Shown one piece after another: positions 1 through 9,716 of a stretch of 41,147 nucleotides of DNA (within the stretch, counting starts at the first letter, position 1; each line of letters starts with the position of its first letter). The notes under the pieces are model-generated. The model was not told the origin of the DNA and ran no database searches. It was given only the letters and a program-made list of their open reading frames with translations. The DNA is taken from the IMG/VR virus record IMGVR_UViG_3300045988_064331, positions 1 through 41,147 of that record. One strand, written 5' to 3'. Origin of the DNA: a virus. A program made the translations under genes and the position numbers.

Positions 1-85
1 GAACGACACGAAAGACGAAAACGACCAAGTCTTTTCGATTCGATTCGCGACTCATCGCAGCATCAAGCGAGTCAAACAAAAAAAC
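1..85. repeat. Left copy of terminal direct repeat
   Basis: nt 1-85 equal 41062-41147 except TT (39-40) versus TTT (41100-41102). This fits a circular or terminally redundant complete genome. Confidence 0.9.
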
Positions 86-273
86 GTTGCAAAACAAACG
101 GAAGCAAACCGTCAAAACACCCACGGGGATACCCCCTAACAGTTTGGGTGACGGAACCGCCGGAGAGCTGTCTCCGAGGTGCGGAGAGTTCAAAAGTTTC
201 AGAGGGGGCGGGCGAAAGGCCCTGCATCCCACAGCGAAGGAACGGCGCAAGGCCGTCCGACGATGGAGGAGCC
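1..273 (+). other. Candidate cos/packaging recognition region (continues from 40992-41147)
   Basis: ORF-free A-rich stretch between the HNH gene and terS. It holds repeated GACGAAA (10-24), TCGAT TCGAT (36-45) and CAAAC motifs (73, 95, 105). Confidence 0.4.
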
Positions 274-825
274 ATGCCAAGAGGAGGAAAACGCGTCAGG
301 TCTGGCCCGATGCCAGATCCGTCGAGCGGTGCCAGCGAACGCAGGGGATACACCCTGCGCAGCCTGCCGAACACCGAATACAAGGGCCGTCCGCCGAAGT
401 TCCCACTTCCGCCGTATGTGCTCCGTGATTTCGACAAGGACTCGCAGGAATGGGTCGAGGACAGGGCCGGTTCGGAATCGTGGAACGAGCGTGAGTCTGA
501 GCTGTGGGGGCAGTTGTGGCGGCTGCCGCAGGCGCGCGCGTGGAAACAGCCACAGCTGAAGTATCTGCATTACCAGATCGCCTCGTATGTCCGCGAATGC
601 GTGGTGTGCGAGAGCCCGTCGGCCAAGGCGGCTGACGTGGCTGTGAAGATCAGGCTCGAGGACCGGATAGGCCTGTCCGAGGCCGGATTGCAGGCGCTCG
701 GCTGGAAGATCTCCGAGGACAACGTCGACATGGCCGCCCACGAGGTGCCGGCCACGGACGCGGAGGCATCCGAGAGCGGCATGGACACCAAGATCGTGCA
801 GTTCCCGCGCCGTTTGAGGGCGTGA
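274..825 (+). CDS. terS: Terminase small subunit
   Basis: GGAGGAG sits 5 nt before the ATG at 274. Basic N-terminus (GRPPKFPLPP) and a position immediately upstream of terL; the TGA stop is 1 nt before the terL ATG. Confidence 0.65.
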   Translation: MPRGGKRVRSGPMPDPSSGASERRGYTLRSLPNTEYKGRPPKFPLPPYVLRDFDKDSQEWVEDRAGSESWNERESELWGQLWRLPQARAWKQPQLKYLHYQIASYVRECVVCESPSAKAADVAVKIRLEDRIGLSEAGLQALGWKISEDNVDMAAHEVPATDAEASESGMDTKIVQFPRRLRA

Positions 826-826
826 C

Positions 827-1945
827 ATGGCCGACGATTGGATCATCGACTTCCCGACGCTCGCAGACCTGCAGGATGCGTGGGTTCGGCGTCATGTGCG
901 CCAGCCGGACGGTATTCTCCGCGGCAAGCCCTTCTGCTGGTCAGATTGGCAGTTCTGGTACGCCGCACACCGCTGGAGGGTGCGCGAGGACGCGGAATTC
1001 ATCCCGCCCGAAGAGGTCACGGTGGACAATCCACTGGTTCTCAACCAAGCCTTCCAATATCGTCTGACCGGCTGCATTGGCCCGCAGAAGACAGGCAAGG
1101 GGCCGACCGAAGCCTCATGCGCCATCCTCGAAGCCTGCGGTCCCGTCGTGTTCGCCGGTTGGGCGAAGCCCGGCGACGTGTACCGCTGCTCCGACAACGG
1201 CTGCCCTTGCGGATGGGTCTACCATTACAATCCGGGCGAGCCGAAGGGCATGCGCCATCCATCGCCGCTGATACAGCTGACCGCGAACTCCGAGGACCAG
1301 GTGCGCAACGCCTACCGGCCGTTGGTCGCGATGATCCGGCTTGGACCATTGAAGCAGCTGCTCAAGGTGCGCGAGGGGTTCATCCGCATCCTGCGTCCTG
1401 GAATCAATCTGGACGATGACGATCTTGACCTAGACCGCATCGATGTGGTGACGGCCTCGGCGACTTCACGCCTGGGCAATCCAATTTCGGATGCCGAGCA
1501 GGACGAGGCCGGCCTGTACACCAAGTCGAATGGCATGCTCGACGTTGCCGACACGCAACGCCGTGGCGCGGCTGGTATGGGTGGGCGCACGCACTTCTGG
1601 ACAAACGCATACGATCCCGGCGAGAACTCCTACGCGCAACAGCAGTTCGAGACATCGGCATCAGATGTTTGGATCTTCTACCGCAACCCCGATTTGAACC
1701 CGGACCTGCGGCACAAGGACGGCACGCCATACAGCTTCAACAACCGGCGCGAACGTCGCCGGATCCTCGAATGGGTCTACGCCGGAAGCCCGTGGGTGCC
1801 TTTGGATTCCGTCGAGGCGGAGGCTGAGGCGCTGATGGAGAAGGATCCCGCGCAGGCGGAACGCTTCTTCGGCAACCGAATGGTGCAGGGCGGTGGAGCA
1901 TGGCTCGATGATGGACTCTGGGAGAGCTGCTATGCAGGAACATGA
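827..1945 (+). CDS. terL: Terminase large subunit, N-terminal ATPase portion (separate ORF)
   Basis: Walker A-like GPQKTGKGPT; ends ...GGGAWLDDGLWESCYAGT-stop, where TerL homologues normally continue into the nuclease domain. Confidence 0.8.
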   Translation: MADDWIIDFPTLADLQDAWVRRHVRQPDGILRGKPFCWSDWQFWYAAHRWRVREDAEFIPPEEVTVDNPLVLNQAFQYRLTGCIGPQKTGKGPTEASCAILEACGPVVFAGWAKPGDVYRCSDNGCPCGWVYHYNPGEPKGMRHPSPLIQLTANSEDQVRNAYRPLVAMIRLGPLKQLLKVREGFIRILRPGINLDDDDLDLDRIDVVTASATSRLGNPISDAEQDEAGLYTKSNGMLDVADTQRRGAAGMGGRTHFWTNAYDPGENSYAQQQFETSASDVWIFYRNPDLNPDLRHKDGTPYSFNNRRERRRILEWVYAGSPWVPLDSVEAEAEALMEKDPAQAERFFGNRMVQGGGAWLDDGLWESCYAGT

Positions 1946-2585
1946 GCTTTGGCTTGAGAACCCGCCGAAAGGCACCGAGGTGTGTCTTGGATTCGACGGA
2001 TCTGAGAACGACGATTGGACGTGCATCAAGGCCGAGACGCGCGAGGGTTTTATCTTCACGCCACGGTACGGCGAGGATCGCCGTCCGACGATTTGGAATC
2101 CTAAAACGTGGGGAGGGCGCATTCCTCGCAGCGAGGTCAATGCCGCCATGGACGAGCTCAACGAACGATACAAGGTTATTCGCGCCTATTGCGATCCGGG
2201 TTTCCGCGACGAGGTGTCGTGGGAATCGCAGATCGAGGCGTGGGACACGAGGTACGGTCCGAAGAAATTCATTCCCTGGGCGATGAGCGGGTCGAGCCGC
2301 ATCACCGCGGTTTGGGAGGCGTTGAAACGCTTCGAATCCGACCTGCAGCATCATGCGATCGCGCATGACGGGTGTCCGATCACTATCACACACATGCGCA
2401 ATGCGCGCAGATTCGCCAAATCGGGCGAGCGTTACGGTTTGGGCAAGCCGAAGCAGACAAGGAAAATCGATGCGGCTGTGACAAGCGTGCTCGCCCATGA
2501 GGCGGCTTGCGACGCGCGTGCCGCTGGCTGGGGCAGGAAACGCAAGGCGTACCTGCTTACAGGCTCCACCACGAGGGGGTTCTAG
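1932..2585 (+). CDS. terL: Terminase large subunit, C-terminal nuclease portion (+1 frame, overlaps previous ORF by 14 nt)
   Basis: PPKGTEVCLGFDGSENDDWT nuclease-domain start motif. GGGAG lies 6 nt upstream of the ATG at 1932; the ORF track start is 1893. Confidence 0.75.
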   Translation: MQEHELWLENPPKGTEVCLGFDGSENDDWTCIKAETREGFIFTPRYGEDRRPTIWNPKTWGGRIPRSEVNAAMDELNERYKVIRAYCDPGFRDEVSWESQIEAWDTRYGPKKFIPWAMSGSSRITAVWEALKRFESDLQHHAIAHDGCPITITHMRNARRFAKSGERYGLGKPKQTRKIDAAVTSVLAHEAACDARAAGWGRKRKAYLLTGSTTRGF

Positions 2586-2587
2586 AG

Positions 2588-4108
2588 ATGATTCGTACCG
2601 CCGATGACGTGAATCGCATGGCGAATCTGCTCGCTCTGAAGATCGAGAACCGTCGGCCGGACATCAGGAAGCATACGGATTACGTGCGCGGCAAACGCGG
2701 CACCTTGAAGTTCGCGTCCGACGAGTTCAAACGCTATATGGCCGACCGGTTCAGCGGCTTCGCCGACAACTGGTGTCTGCCGGTCGCGCAGGCACCGGTC
2801 GAGCGCATTCATTTCAGGGGATTCATTCCGTATGATGATCGCGAATTGGATTCGCATGTGATGCGGGTGTGGGAACGGAACGACTGCGACCGCAAACTGC
2901 AGGAGACGGCGCTGATGATGACCACGACCGGACGTGCGTTCGGCCTGGTCACGTCGATGCCGGACAACAGGGCGCGCATCAGCTTCGAGCATCCGGACAG
3001 CGCGGCAGTGCACTACGACCCGCTCACTGGCGAGGTCGATGCGGGGCTGCTGGTCCGATACGACGAGGAGCACGAGTTCGGCACTTTGCTGCTGCCGGAC
3101 ATGGTCTTCGATGTGGTGCGGGTTCGTGCGGGCGGCGACGATGAGAGGAATCGTCTGCCGCCCGGCGTGGATGGCTGGCGGTTCGTGCCGGACTCCGCGC
3201 GCGTGAATCCTCTCGGTCGAGTCCCGTTGGTTGAATTCCGCAATCAGATGCTTTTGGACGATCTGCCGATCAGCGATGTGGAGCAGGTCGAATCGATGCA
3301 GGACGCCGTCAACGTCTGCTGGGCGTATACGCTCAACGCCTTGGATTTCGCGTCCATGCCCGCGAGGGTGATCCTCGGCGGTGATTCGTTGTCCGAGCCG
3401 GTCTTCGATAAGGTTACCGGCGAGCAGGTAGGCGAACGCCCAGCGAACCTGGACAAGCAGGTCATGGAGCGCATCATGCAGATCACCGGCGATAATGTGT
3501 CGATTGGCGAGTGGACCGCCAGCAACCTGCAGGCTTTTCTGCCGATCATCCAGAAGGCCGTCGAGCACATCGCGGCCGAAACCCGTACGCCCGGGCATTA
3601 CCTGCTGACGAACGCCGAGGTGCCGGCCACCGGCTACGAGGTCGCCGAAGCTGGATTGGTGAGCAAGACGCTGGAGCGCATCAGCTTCATGCGCCAGCCG
3701 GTGCGCGAACTGTGCGAGATGGCCATGATGCTCGAGGACGACGAGGAATCCGCCCGGATCCTCGATGATTCGAAAGTCGTGTTCGCCACACCGCAATACC
3801 GCAGCGAGGCATTGATGGCCGACGCGATGCTCAAATACAAGCAGCTCGGCTATCCATTGCAGTGGATAGCCGAGCAGATGGGCCAGAGCCCGGAGGACAT
3901 CAAACGCATCATGCGCATGGTGGACGACGAGAGCCATGACCCTGAGATGGCCGAGATAGCACGCAGCCTAAAGGTCGGAGGTGCATCTGATGACGGTGAC
4001 GCTGGAGAGCCTGTCGGACAGCCGGAACACTTTGGCCAGACTATGCCTGCTGGCCGTGAGGGCGGCGGACAAGGCATGGAAGGGCGTGGATCCGCTGCGG
4101 GTGCGTGA
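2588..4108 (+). CDS. Portal protein
   Basis: ~506 aa directly after terL, with a GGGGG RBS before the ATG at 2588. SPP1 gp6-like size and position; acidic low-complexity C-terminus. Confidence 0.8.
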   Translation: MIRTADDVNRMANLLALKIENRRPDIRKHTDYVRGKRGTLKFASDEFKRYMADRFSGFADNWCLPVAQAPVERIHFRGFIPYDDRELDSHVMRVWERNDCDRKLQETALMMTTTGRAFGLVTSMPDNRARISFEHPDSAAVHYDPLTGEVDAGLLVRYDEEHEFGTLLLPDMVFDVVRVRAGGDDERNRLPPGVDGWRFVPDSARVNPLGRVPLVEFRNQMLLDDLPISDVEQVESMQDAVNVCWAYTLNALDFASMPARVILGGDSLSEPVFDKVTGEQVGERPANLDKQVMERIMQITGDNVSIGEWTASNLQAFLPIIQKAVEHIAAETRTPGHYLLTNAEVPATGYEVAEAGLVSKTLERISFMRQPVRELCEMAMMLEDDEESARILDDSKVVFATPQYRSEALMADAMLKYKQLGYPLQWIAEQMGQSPEDIKRIMRMVDDESHDPEMAEIARSLKVGGASDDGDAGEPVGQPEHFGQTMPAGREGGGQGMEGRGSAAGA

Positions 4109-5204
4109 CAGCTGGAATCGGACAAACGCCGATTTCCTCACGCTCTTCGCCACACTGCAGACCCGCGCCGCGAGCGATGCGATGGACTCGTCCACGTTGA
4201 TGCTCGCCGAACAGGGCGACTACGTGCGCCCTGACGGTATTGCGAATCCACTCGCCTTCGGGGCAGGTTTCGCACCGAGCGGCATCGACCTCGAATCATA
4301 TTTCGACATTCCGGTCACGCACACATTGTCGGCCATCAAATCAGGACTTGACCCGATAGACGCCATGCGGTCCGGACGCCGGACGCTCCGCCAGATGGCC
4401 ATGCAGGCCATCGAGGACACATCCATCAGCGCGATGGGCGTCAGCATCACCCAGCGTTCCGGCGTCGGCTACGTGCGCGTCGAATCACCCGACTGCTGCC
4501 CACGATGCGCCATCCTCGCCGGAAAATACTTCCGGCATAGCCAGAACTTCCTGCGGCATCCGAAATGCCATGGAACGACCATCCCCTGCAAGGGCAGGGA
4601 CAAGGCCGAGAAGCAAGGCTGGATCACTGATCCGATGGACCGCTTCAACCGCATGAGCGAGGCGGAGCAGGACGAGCTCTTCGGACACGCCGACGCGCAG
4701 GCCATCAGAGACGGCGCCGACATCTACCAGGTCGTCAACGCGCACCGAGGCATGCGGCCGGTCGGACGCGGCAACATCAGTATGACCACATCCGAAGGCA
4801 CCAGTCGATACGGCTGGAGCCGCATGATCCGAAAATACGAATATGGCCAGAAGCAACGGCGCAGGCTCACGCCGGAAGGCATCTACAGCTTCAACCTCCC
4901 GCGCGAGCAGACCATCGAGCTGCTGAAACGCGAGGGCTACATCCTGCCGGACAAATGGCGAGAGCGGGTGCCGGAGCTTCGCCGCAGCCAATGGCTTCAC
5001 AACAACGACTACCGCCAAGGGCGGCATGAGGAGCTGACCGCGGCGCAGAAGCGTCTGCTCAATGCGCGGCTCCGCTATGAGGCAGCTTTGGACGGCCGCA
5101 ATCCCTACCAGTCTGGCAAGCCGGTCACGCCGGACGTGTTGGCAAAGGCCGAGAACTCGTATCGCCGGTGGCTCTCCAGCAACGGCGAAAAATACACCGA
5201 ATGA
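3990..5204 (+). CDS. Head morphogenesis / MuF-like minor capsid protein
   Basis: GGAG 9 nt before the ATG at 3990. Cys/His cluster VESPDCCPRCAILAGKYFRHSQNFLRHPKCH typical of SPP1 gp7/Mu F-like proteins. Overlaps the portal 3' end by ~120 nt. Confidence 0.7.
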   Translation: MTVTLESLSDSRNTLARLCLLAVRAADKAWKGVDPLRVRDSWNRTNADFLTLFATLQTRAASDAMDSSTLMLAEQGDYVRPDGIANPLAFGAGFAPSGIDLESYFDIPVTHTLSAIKSGLDPIDAMRSGRRTLRQMAMQAIEDTSISAMGVSITQRSGVGYVRVESPDCCPRCAILAGKYFRHSQNFLRHPKCHGTTIPCKGRDKAEKQGWITDPMDRFNRMSEAEQDELFGHADAQAIRDGADIYQVVNAHRGMRPVGRGNISMTTSEGTSRYGWSRMIRKYEYGQKQRRRLTPEGIYSFNLPREQTIELLKREGYILPDKWRERVPELRRSQWLHNNDYRQGRHEELTAAQKRLLNARLRYEAALDGRNPYQSGKPVTPDVLAKAENSYRRWLSSNGEKYTE

Positions 5205-5215
5205 AAGGAAACACC

Positions 5216-5806
5216 ATGTCAGATGGACAGCAGCAGGATCCGAACACCAATGCCCAGGGCGCACAGGAGCCGCCAATCGACTGGCACGACAAGTTCCTCG
5301 GCCAGAAGAAGGTCAACACCGACCTCGAAGCGAAGCTCAAGGCCGCCCGTGAGAAGGCCGACCGAGTGGACGACCTTGAGAAGCAGGTGGCCGACTGGGA
5401 GCAGCGCGGCAAGGAATTCGACTCCGCGCAGGCTACCATCGCCGGCCTGCAGAAGCGGGTGCTCCAGGCGAACGTCACCGCCGTGGCGACCGGCAAGCTC
5501 ATCAATCCAAGCGACGCATTGAAGCTCATCGACTTCTCCGACCTGACCACGGACGATCAGGGAGGATACGACCAGCAGGCGATCGGCGAGAAGATCGACG
5601 CCCTGGTCACGGCACACCCGTATCTCGCGCAAGGCGGGAACAATGCTGGCCTGGCGGGAATCATCCCACCGTCGGGCGTCCGCGATGGCGATCATCAGAC
5701 GGGACAGCTGACCAGGGACGATCTGAAGAACATGACCCCGAAGCAGATTGACGAGGCGCGCCGCAAGGGCCGTTTGAATGATCTGCTCGCAGGCCGCAGT
5801 AAGTAA
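5216..5806 (+). CDS. Capsid scaffolding protein
   Basis: Charged coiled-coil sequence (LEAKLKAAREKADRVDDLEKQVADWEQRGKE) placed directly before the major capsid gene. Confidence 0.7.
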   Translation: MSDGQQQDPNTNAQGAQEPPIDWHDKFLGQKKVNTDLEAKLKAAREKADRVDDLEKQVADWEQRGKEFDSAQATIAGLQKRVLQANVTAVATGKLINPSDALKLIDFSDLTTDDQGGYDQQAIGEKIDALVTAHPYLAQGGNNAGLAGIIPPSGVRDGDHQTGQLTRDDLKNMTPKQIDEARRKGRLNDLLAGRSK

Positions 5807-5817
5807 GGAGGCCAGCA

Positions 5818-6762
5818 ATGGCAATCACCAATTTCATCCCCGAGGTATGGTCCGCCGCCATCCTCGAAGCCCTGCGCGCGAAGCTCGTCTTCCCGAGCCT
5901 GTGCAACCGCGATTACGAGGGCGACATCCGTGAGGCCGGTGACACCGTGCACATCACCGGATACAACGACGTGACAGTGCACGAGTACGTGCGCGGCAAA
6001 GCGATTACCGTCGATGACGTCACGGATAAGGAAGCCGCCGTGCTCAAGATCGACAAGTCCGACTATTTCGCTTTCAAGGTCAATGACCTCGACAAGACTC
6101 AGGCCAAGGCCGATCTGACCGGAAAGTTCACAAATTCCGCCGCCTACAACATGATGAAGAACGTGGAGACCTATATCTCCAATCTCATGGACACGGCCGT
6201 CGGCACCCCGGCGAAGACCGTGGCCGTCGGCACCCCTGCAGACGCGTATCTCGCCGTCGTGGAAGCCGGACGCAAGCTCGACGTGCAGAACGTTCCCGAT
6301 GAGGGCCGCTGGCTCGTCGTCAGCCCAGACTTCTACGCCTTGCTGCTGCAGGACTCCCGCTTCATCGAAGGCACCGAAGCTGGCCATAATACTCTGCTCA
6401 ACGGCGTGGTCGGACAGGTGCGCGGCTTCACCGTAGTGAAGTCCAACAATGTGCCGCGCAAGTCCGCCAGTCCGGACACCCAGTCCATTCTCGCCGGCAC
6501 GAACGCGGCCGTGACCTTCGCGCAGCAGGTCAGCAAGGTGGAGGCGATGCGCATGCAGACCGACTTCGCCGACATGGTGCGCGGCCTCGACCTGTACGGC
6601 GCCAAGGTCATCCGTCCAGAGTGCCTGACCAAGATCACACTGAACCTCTCCACCTCCACCGGTCGTTCTATGCAGGATGACCCGCAGGCCGTCGTGGACG
6701 AAACGTCCGACACCGCTGGTGATGATGCCGATAAGGCAGACACCGGCAAGAAGGGCAAGTGA
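5818..6762 (+). CDS. Major capsid protein
   Basis: AAGGAGG RBS. N-terminus MAITNFIPEVWSAAILEALRAKLVFPSL is typical of phage coat proteins; 314 aa. Confidence 0.85.
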   Translation: MAITNFIPEVWSAAILEALRAKLVFPSLCNRDYEGDIREAGDTVHITGYNDVTVHEYVRGKAITVDDVTDKEAAVLKIDKSDYFAFKVNDLDKTQAKADLTGKFTNSAAYNMMKNVETYISNLMDTAVGTPAKTVAVGTPADAYLAVVEAGRKLDVQNVPDEGRWLVVSPDFYALLLQDSRFIEGTEAGHNTLLNGVVGQVRGFTVVKSNNVPRKSASPDTQSILAGTNAAVTFAQQVSKVEAMRMQTDFADMVRGLDLYGAKVIRPECLTKITLNLSTSTGRSMQDDPQAVVDETSDTAGDDADKADTGKKGK

Positions 6763-6782
6763 CCGTCTGATCGGAGGCTGAC

Positions 6783-7364
6783 ATGACCGCCTTGGCCACA
6801 CTGCAGGACCTGCGGAAGTACGGCATCGACGTGCCGGACAACACCGTCGCGCTCAGCCTGCTCGACTCCGTATCCGCCGCCGTGCGCGACGCCGCCGGCT
6901 GTCCGATCACCATGGGCGAATGGACCGTCGACCTGCCCGGCGAACAGTCGAGGAAACTTGACCTGCCATGCAGGGCGGTGCGAGCCGTGTCCAAAGTACT
7001 GGTCGATGGTCGGCCGATCGAAGACTGGAGGCTCTTCGGCTCATCGCTTTACCGGGCGGAGCCGTGGAGCCCCTTTGGCGGCATCCCGTCGACTGTGACG
7101 GTCACCTTCCAAGGTGGCTGGGATCCCGTGCCGGAGGACATCGTCAGACTGGTCTGCTCGTATGTCGCCGCCGGATTGCATCAGCTCGCGGATGGTGGCC
7201 CCGGCGCCCACTCCGGCATCGCCTACGAGAGGCTTGATGACGCGCAGGTCGGATATACGCATGATGGCACCCAGATCGACGCGGCCGAATTGCCGGAAGC
7301 GACCAGACGCAGCCTGCGCAATCGCTTCGGTGCGAACGTCAGTTCGATTGGAGTGTTCCGATGA
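6783..7364 (+). CDS. Head-tail connector/adaptor protein
   Basis: Position after the capsid gene. N-terminus TLQDLRKYGIDVPDN...AVRDAAGCPI resembles gp6-like connector proteins. Confidence 0.55.
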   Translation: MTALATLQDLRKYGIDVPDNTVALSLLDSVSAAVRDAAGCPITMGEWTVDLPGEQSRKLDLPCRAVRAVSKVLVDGRPIEDWRLFGSSLYRAEPWSPFGGIPSTVTVTFQGGWDPVPEDIVRLVCSYVAAGLHQLADGGPGAHSGIAYERLDDAQVGYTHDGTQIDAAELPEATRRSLRNRFGANVSSIGVFR

Positions 7365-7774
7365 GAATCAGCGCATCCTTTCTCGCAAAGGCCAGAGCCA
7401 ACGCGGAATGCCTGATGGCCGACCGATGCGTCGTCACCCGCCCCGGAGTCACCACAACGGATCCGGACACGGGACTGACGACCACCGGCAAGGAGAAGGT
7501 GTACGAAGGCAGCTGCAAGGTGCAGACCAGCGGCGGCCTCGCCAGCGAGCAGACCGAAGGCACCGCGGCCCAAGCCATGGGCGCAGTCTCGTTGGTCTGG
7601 TCTTTGTATGTGCATTTTCCATATGGCACTCCGGGCCTTCGCGCCGGTGACGTGGTGGAAGTCACGGAATCCGCTAATCCGCTGCTCGTCGGCAGGCGGT
7701 TCAGGCTTGTCTCGCCTCAAAGCGAGAAGACGCACGCCACCGCCTGCCGTTGGAATGTGAAGGAGGACTCATGA
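7361..7774 (+). CDS. Head closure / head-tail joining protein
   Basis: ATGA overlap with the upstream gene. Size and synteny fit; contains the motif CVVTRPG...KVYEGSCKVQ. Confidence 0.5.
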   Translation: MRISASFLAKARANAECLMADRCVVTRPGVTTTDPDTGLTTTGKEKVYEGSCKVQTSGGLASEQTEGTAAQAMGAVSLVWSLYVHFPYGTPGLRAGDVVEVTESANPLLVGRRFRLVSPQSEKTHATACRWNVKEDS

Positions 7775-8148
7775 GCGGACTGTTCGACGCTTCGCAGTTG
7801 ACGGCCTTCGGCGATGCGATGCTCGCCAGGGGAGTGGCTCGCCGCGCTTTGATCTCCGCAGCGGTGAAGAAGGGCGCGCAGAACGTCAAGAACTCAATTC
7901 GCGACGACCTGAACGGTTCCGGCAATGCCGCATTCAGGCGTATCCCGATCAGCTACACGCTGCAGGAATCCGCTGGACGCATCACCGCCGAGATCGGCCC
8001 GACGAAAGGCGGAGCGGGTTCGCTCGCGAACATCGCGTTCTTCGGCACCGCGAAGGGCGGTGGAACGCACCGATTCTACGAGCATGGTGAGGAAGAATTG
8101 CCGAAGCTCGCGGAATATGTGGCGCGTGCCGCCGTGGAGGTGGTCTGA
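7771..8148 (+). CDS. HK97 gp10-like neck/tail component
   Basis: GAAGGAGG RBS before the ATG at 7771; KKGAQNVKNSIRDDL...GPTKGGAGSLANIAFFG pattern. Confidence 0.55.
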   Translation: MSGLFDASQLTAFGDAMLARGVARRALISAAVKKGAQNVKNSIRDDLNGSGNAAFRRIPISYTLQESAGRITAEIGPTKGGAGSLANIAFFGTAKGGGTHRFYEHGEEELPKLAEYVARAAVEVV

Positions 8149-8565
8149 ATGAAGTCGATCATGACGTTGACCGACACGATTCTCGACCATATTCCGAAGC
8201 CGGCGACGGGCTGGGCCGTGTACCGGCAGACGGCTCCTAAGCCTACGGAGAAGCCGCCGTGGGTGATCGAAACGGTCACGACCAACGGTCATATCGTCGG
8301 CGAAACGCAGCATGTGCATTGCGGTATCGGCACTCTGCTGGTGCGTATCGTGAGCACTACGGCCGATTCCGTCAACGTGCTGGCCGATGACCTCATGATT
8401 CCAGGACTTGCTGGCAAAAGGTTCGTCGCGCAGGGTTTCGACACCGGCTGTCTGACGCTGTTCTCCGATTCCGGCGCCTATGCGGCCGGACTTACCGCAG
8501 AGGACACGGCGCTGCTTTACCAGTGCCGTCTTCTGACTTTCAAATTCAACTGGTCACGCATGTGA
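8149..8565 (+). CDS. Tail terminator / tail completion protein
   Basis: Called from synteny only: it is the last gene before the major tail protein. Confidence 0.4.
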   Translation: MKSIMTLTDTILDHIPKPATGWAVYRQTAPKPTEKPPWVIETVTTNGHIVGETQHVHCGIGTLLVRIVSTTADSVNVLADDLMIPGLAGKRFVAQGFDTGCLTLFSDSGAYAAGLTAEDTALLYQCRLLTFKFNWSRM

Positions 8566-8586
8566 CCCAAATATTAAGGAGGAGTC

Positions 8587-9105
8587 ATGGTTTTGACTCT
8601 GGGAACCGAAGTTCCTTCCACACCGGCGGACGGTCTGGTCAACACGATCTGGGTGCCGTCTATCAAAAACATCCAGAAGCCGACCGCTGCGGAGATCAAC
8701 GCTGGAACAGACCTGTCCAACTACGTTACCCTAGGCGGGTGGAGCTGCACTCCGTCGCAGGAGTCCATCTCCGACCAGCGCGAGAACAGCGCGCAGGATT
8801 ACGAGAATCCCGGACGCAAGAAGATCAGTGGCCCGAGCATCGAGGTCATCGACAACACCAACACTTCGCATTCCACGCAGAACGCTGCAATGGAGACGCT
8901 TGCCGAGGGCGTGGAAGGCTATTTCGTGCGCCGCTACGGCAAGCAGACGGATAAGACTTTTGTCGCCGGCGACATCGTGAACGTGTACGCGGTCCGCATC
9001 GGCATGAGCGCCAAGATGGCGATCGCCGCGAACAGCGTGCTGCGCAGCAAGGTCAATTTCTCCGTCCGCGCTCCAGGCTGGGCGGAGAACGTGAAGGTCG
9101 CCTGA
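8587..9105 (+). CDS. Major tail protein
   Basis: AAGGAGG RBS, 172 aa, followed by a strong intrinsic terminator and then the chaperone and tape-measure genes. Confidence 0.75.
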   Translation: MVLTLGTEVPSTPADGLVNTIWVPSIKNIQKPTAAEINAGTDLSNYVTLGGWSCTPSQESISDQRENSAQDYENPGRKKISGPSIEVIDNTNTSHSTQNAAMETLAEGVEGYFVRRYGKQTDKTFVAGDIVNVYAVRIGMSAKMAIAANSVLRSKVNFSVRAPGWAENVKVA

Positions 9106-9114
9106 TTGATTCTT

Positions 9115-9167
9115 CCCGCATCGGACTTTCGTCCCTTTCGCCGGTGCGGGACCCTCTTTTCTTTTTT
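9115..9167 (+). terminator. Rho-independent terminator after the major tail gene
   Basis: CCCGCATCGG (9115-9124) pairs with CCGGTGCGGG (9141-9150), followed by a CTCTTTTCTTTTTT tract. Confidence 0.75.
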
Positions 9168-9206
9168 CCGGTAAAGGAGCACGAATATTAGAGCGAAGGA
9201 ACAACA

Positions 9207-9716
9207 ATGCTTAAAGTCGTCAGGCGCACGCGCGAGGTCGATGTCATCCTCAACCAGCAGATCGCCGAGGACATCGCCAGATTGGGTGATGCGCTGGCCG
9301 AGGAGACCACGCGTGAACAGATTACGGAGGCTGGTACGAACCGGCAGGCGAAGGCCACCGCGCGGCGCATCGAAGAGCTGCGCGAACAGGCGGATGCGGA
9401 GACGTTGAAGCTCACGTTGCGAGCATTGCCGGTAAGCAAGTGGGCGCAGGCATTGGCCGCGCACCGCAATGACAACGGCACGAACGACATGTTCGGCACC
9501 GCCGCCGCGGCACTGCCGCTCATGCTTGATTCCGCGACCATCGGCGGCAAGCCGGTGTCCGACGAGGACAAGACCGAACAGGCGTGGCGCAATCTGTTCG
9601 ACGAACTCACCGATGGCCAGTTCACGCCGATCTGGCAGGCCATCGCCGAACTGAACGGCACAGCAGCGGACCCAAAAGCGGCATTCGACCTCGCCTCGCA
9701 GGTTCTCCGCAACTAG
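9207..9716 (+). CDS. Tail assembly chaperone (gpG-like)
   Basis: Acidic 169-aa ORF between the major tail protein and the tape measure. Confidence 0.75.
   Translation: MLKVVRRTREVDVILNQQIAEDIARLGDALAEETTREQITEAGTNRQAKATARRIEELREQADAETLKLTLRALPVSKWAQALAAHRNDNGTNDMFGTAAAALPLMLDSATIGGKPVSDEDKTEQAWRNLFDELTDGQFTPIWQAIAELNGTAADPKAAFDLASQVLRN

Noticed and set aside
1-85. The terminal direct repeats as attL/attR of an integrated prophage.
   Set aside because: The gene order is the packaged/circular-permuted form, with terminase at the left end, HNH at the right end, and the int/xis/repressor genes in the middle. The repeat sits in the cos region, and no host genes flank it.
2582-3937. 451-aa minus-strand ORF. 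Similar long antisense ORFs occur at 5695-6801, 14721-15665, 19340-20236, 32633-33784 and 34811-35761.
   Set aside because: Each lies antisense to a gene with clear family motifs (portal, capsid, fibre, exonuclease, SSB). Their translations are Arg/His/Gly/Leu-rich with no motifs, as expected for stop-poor antisense frames in ~60% GC DNA.
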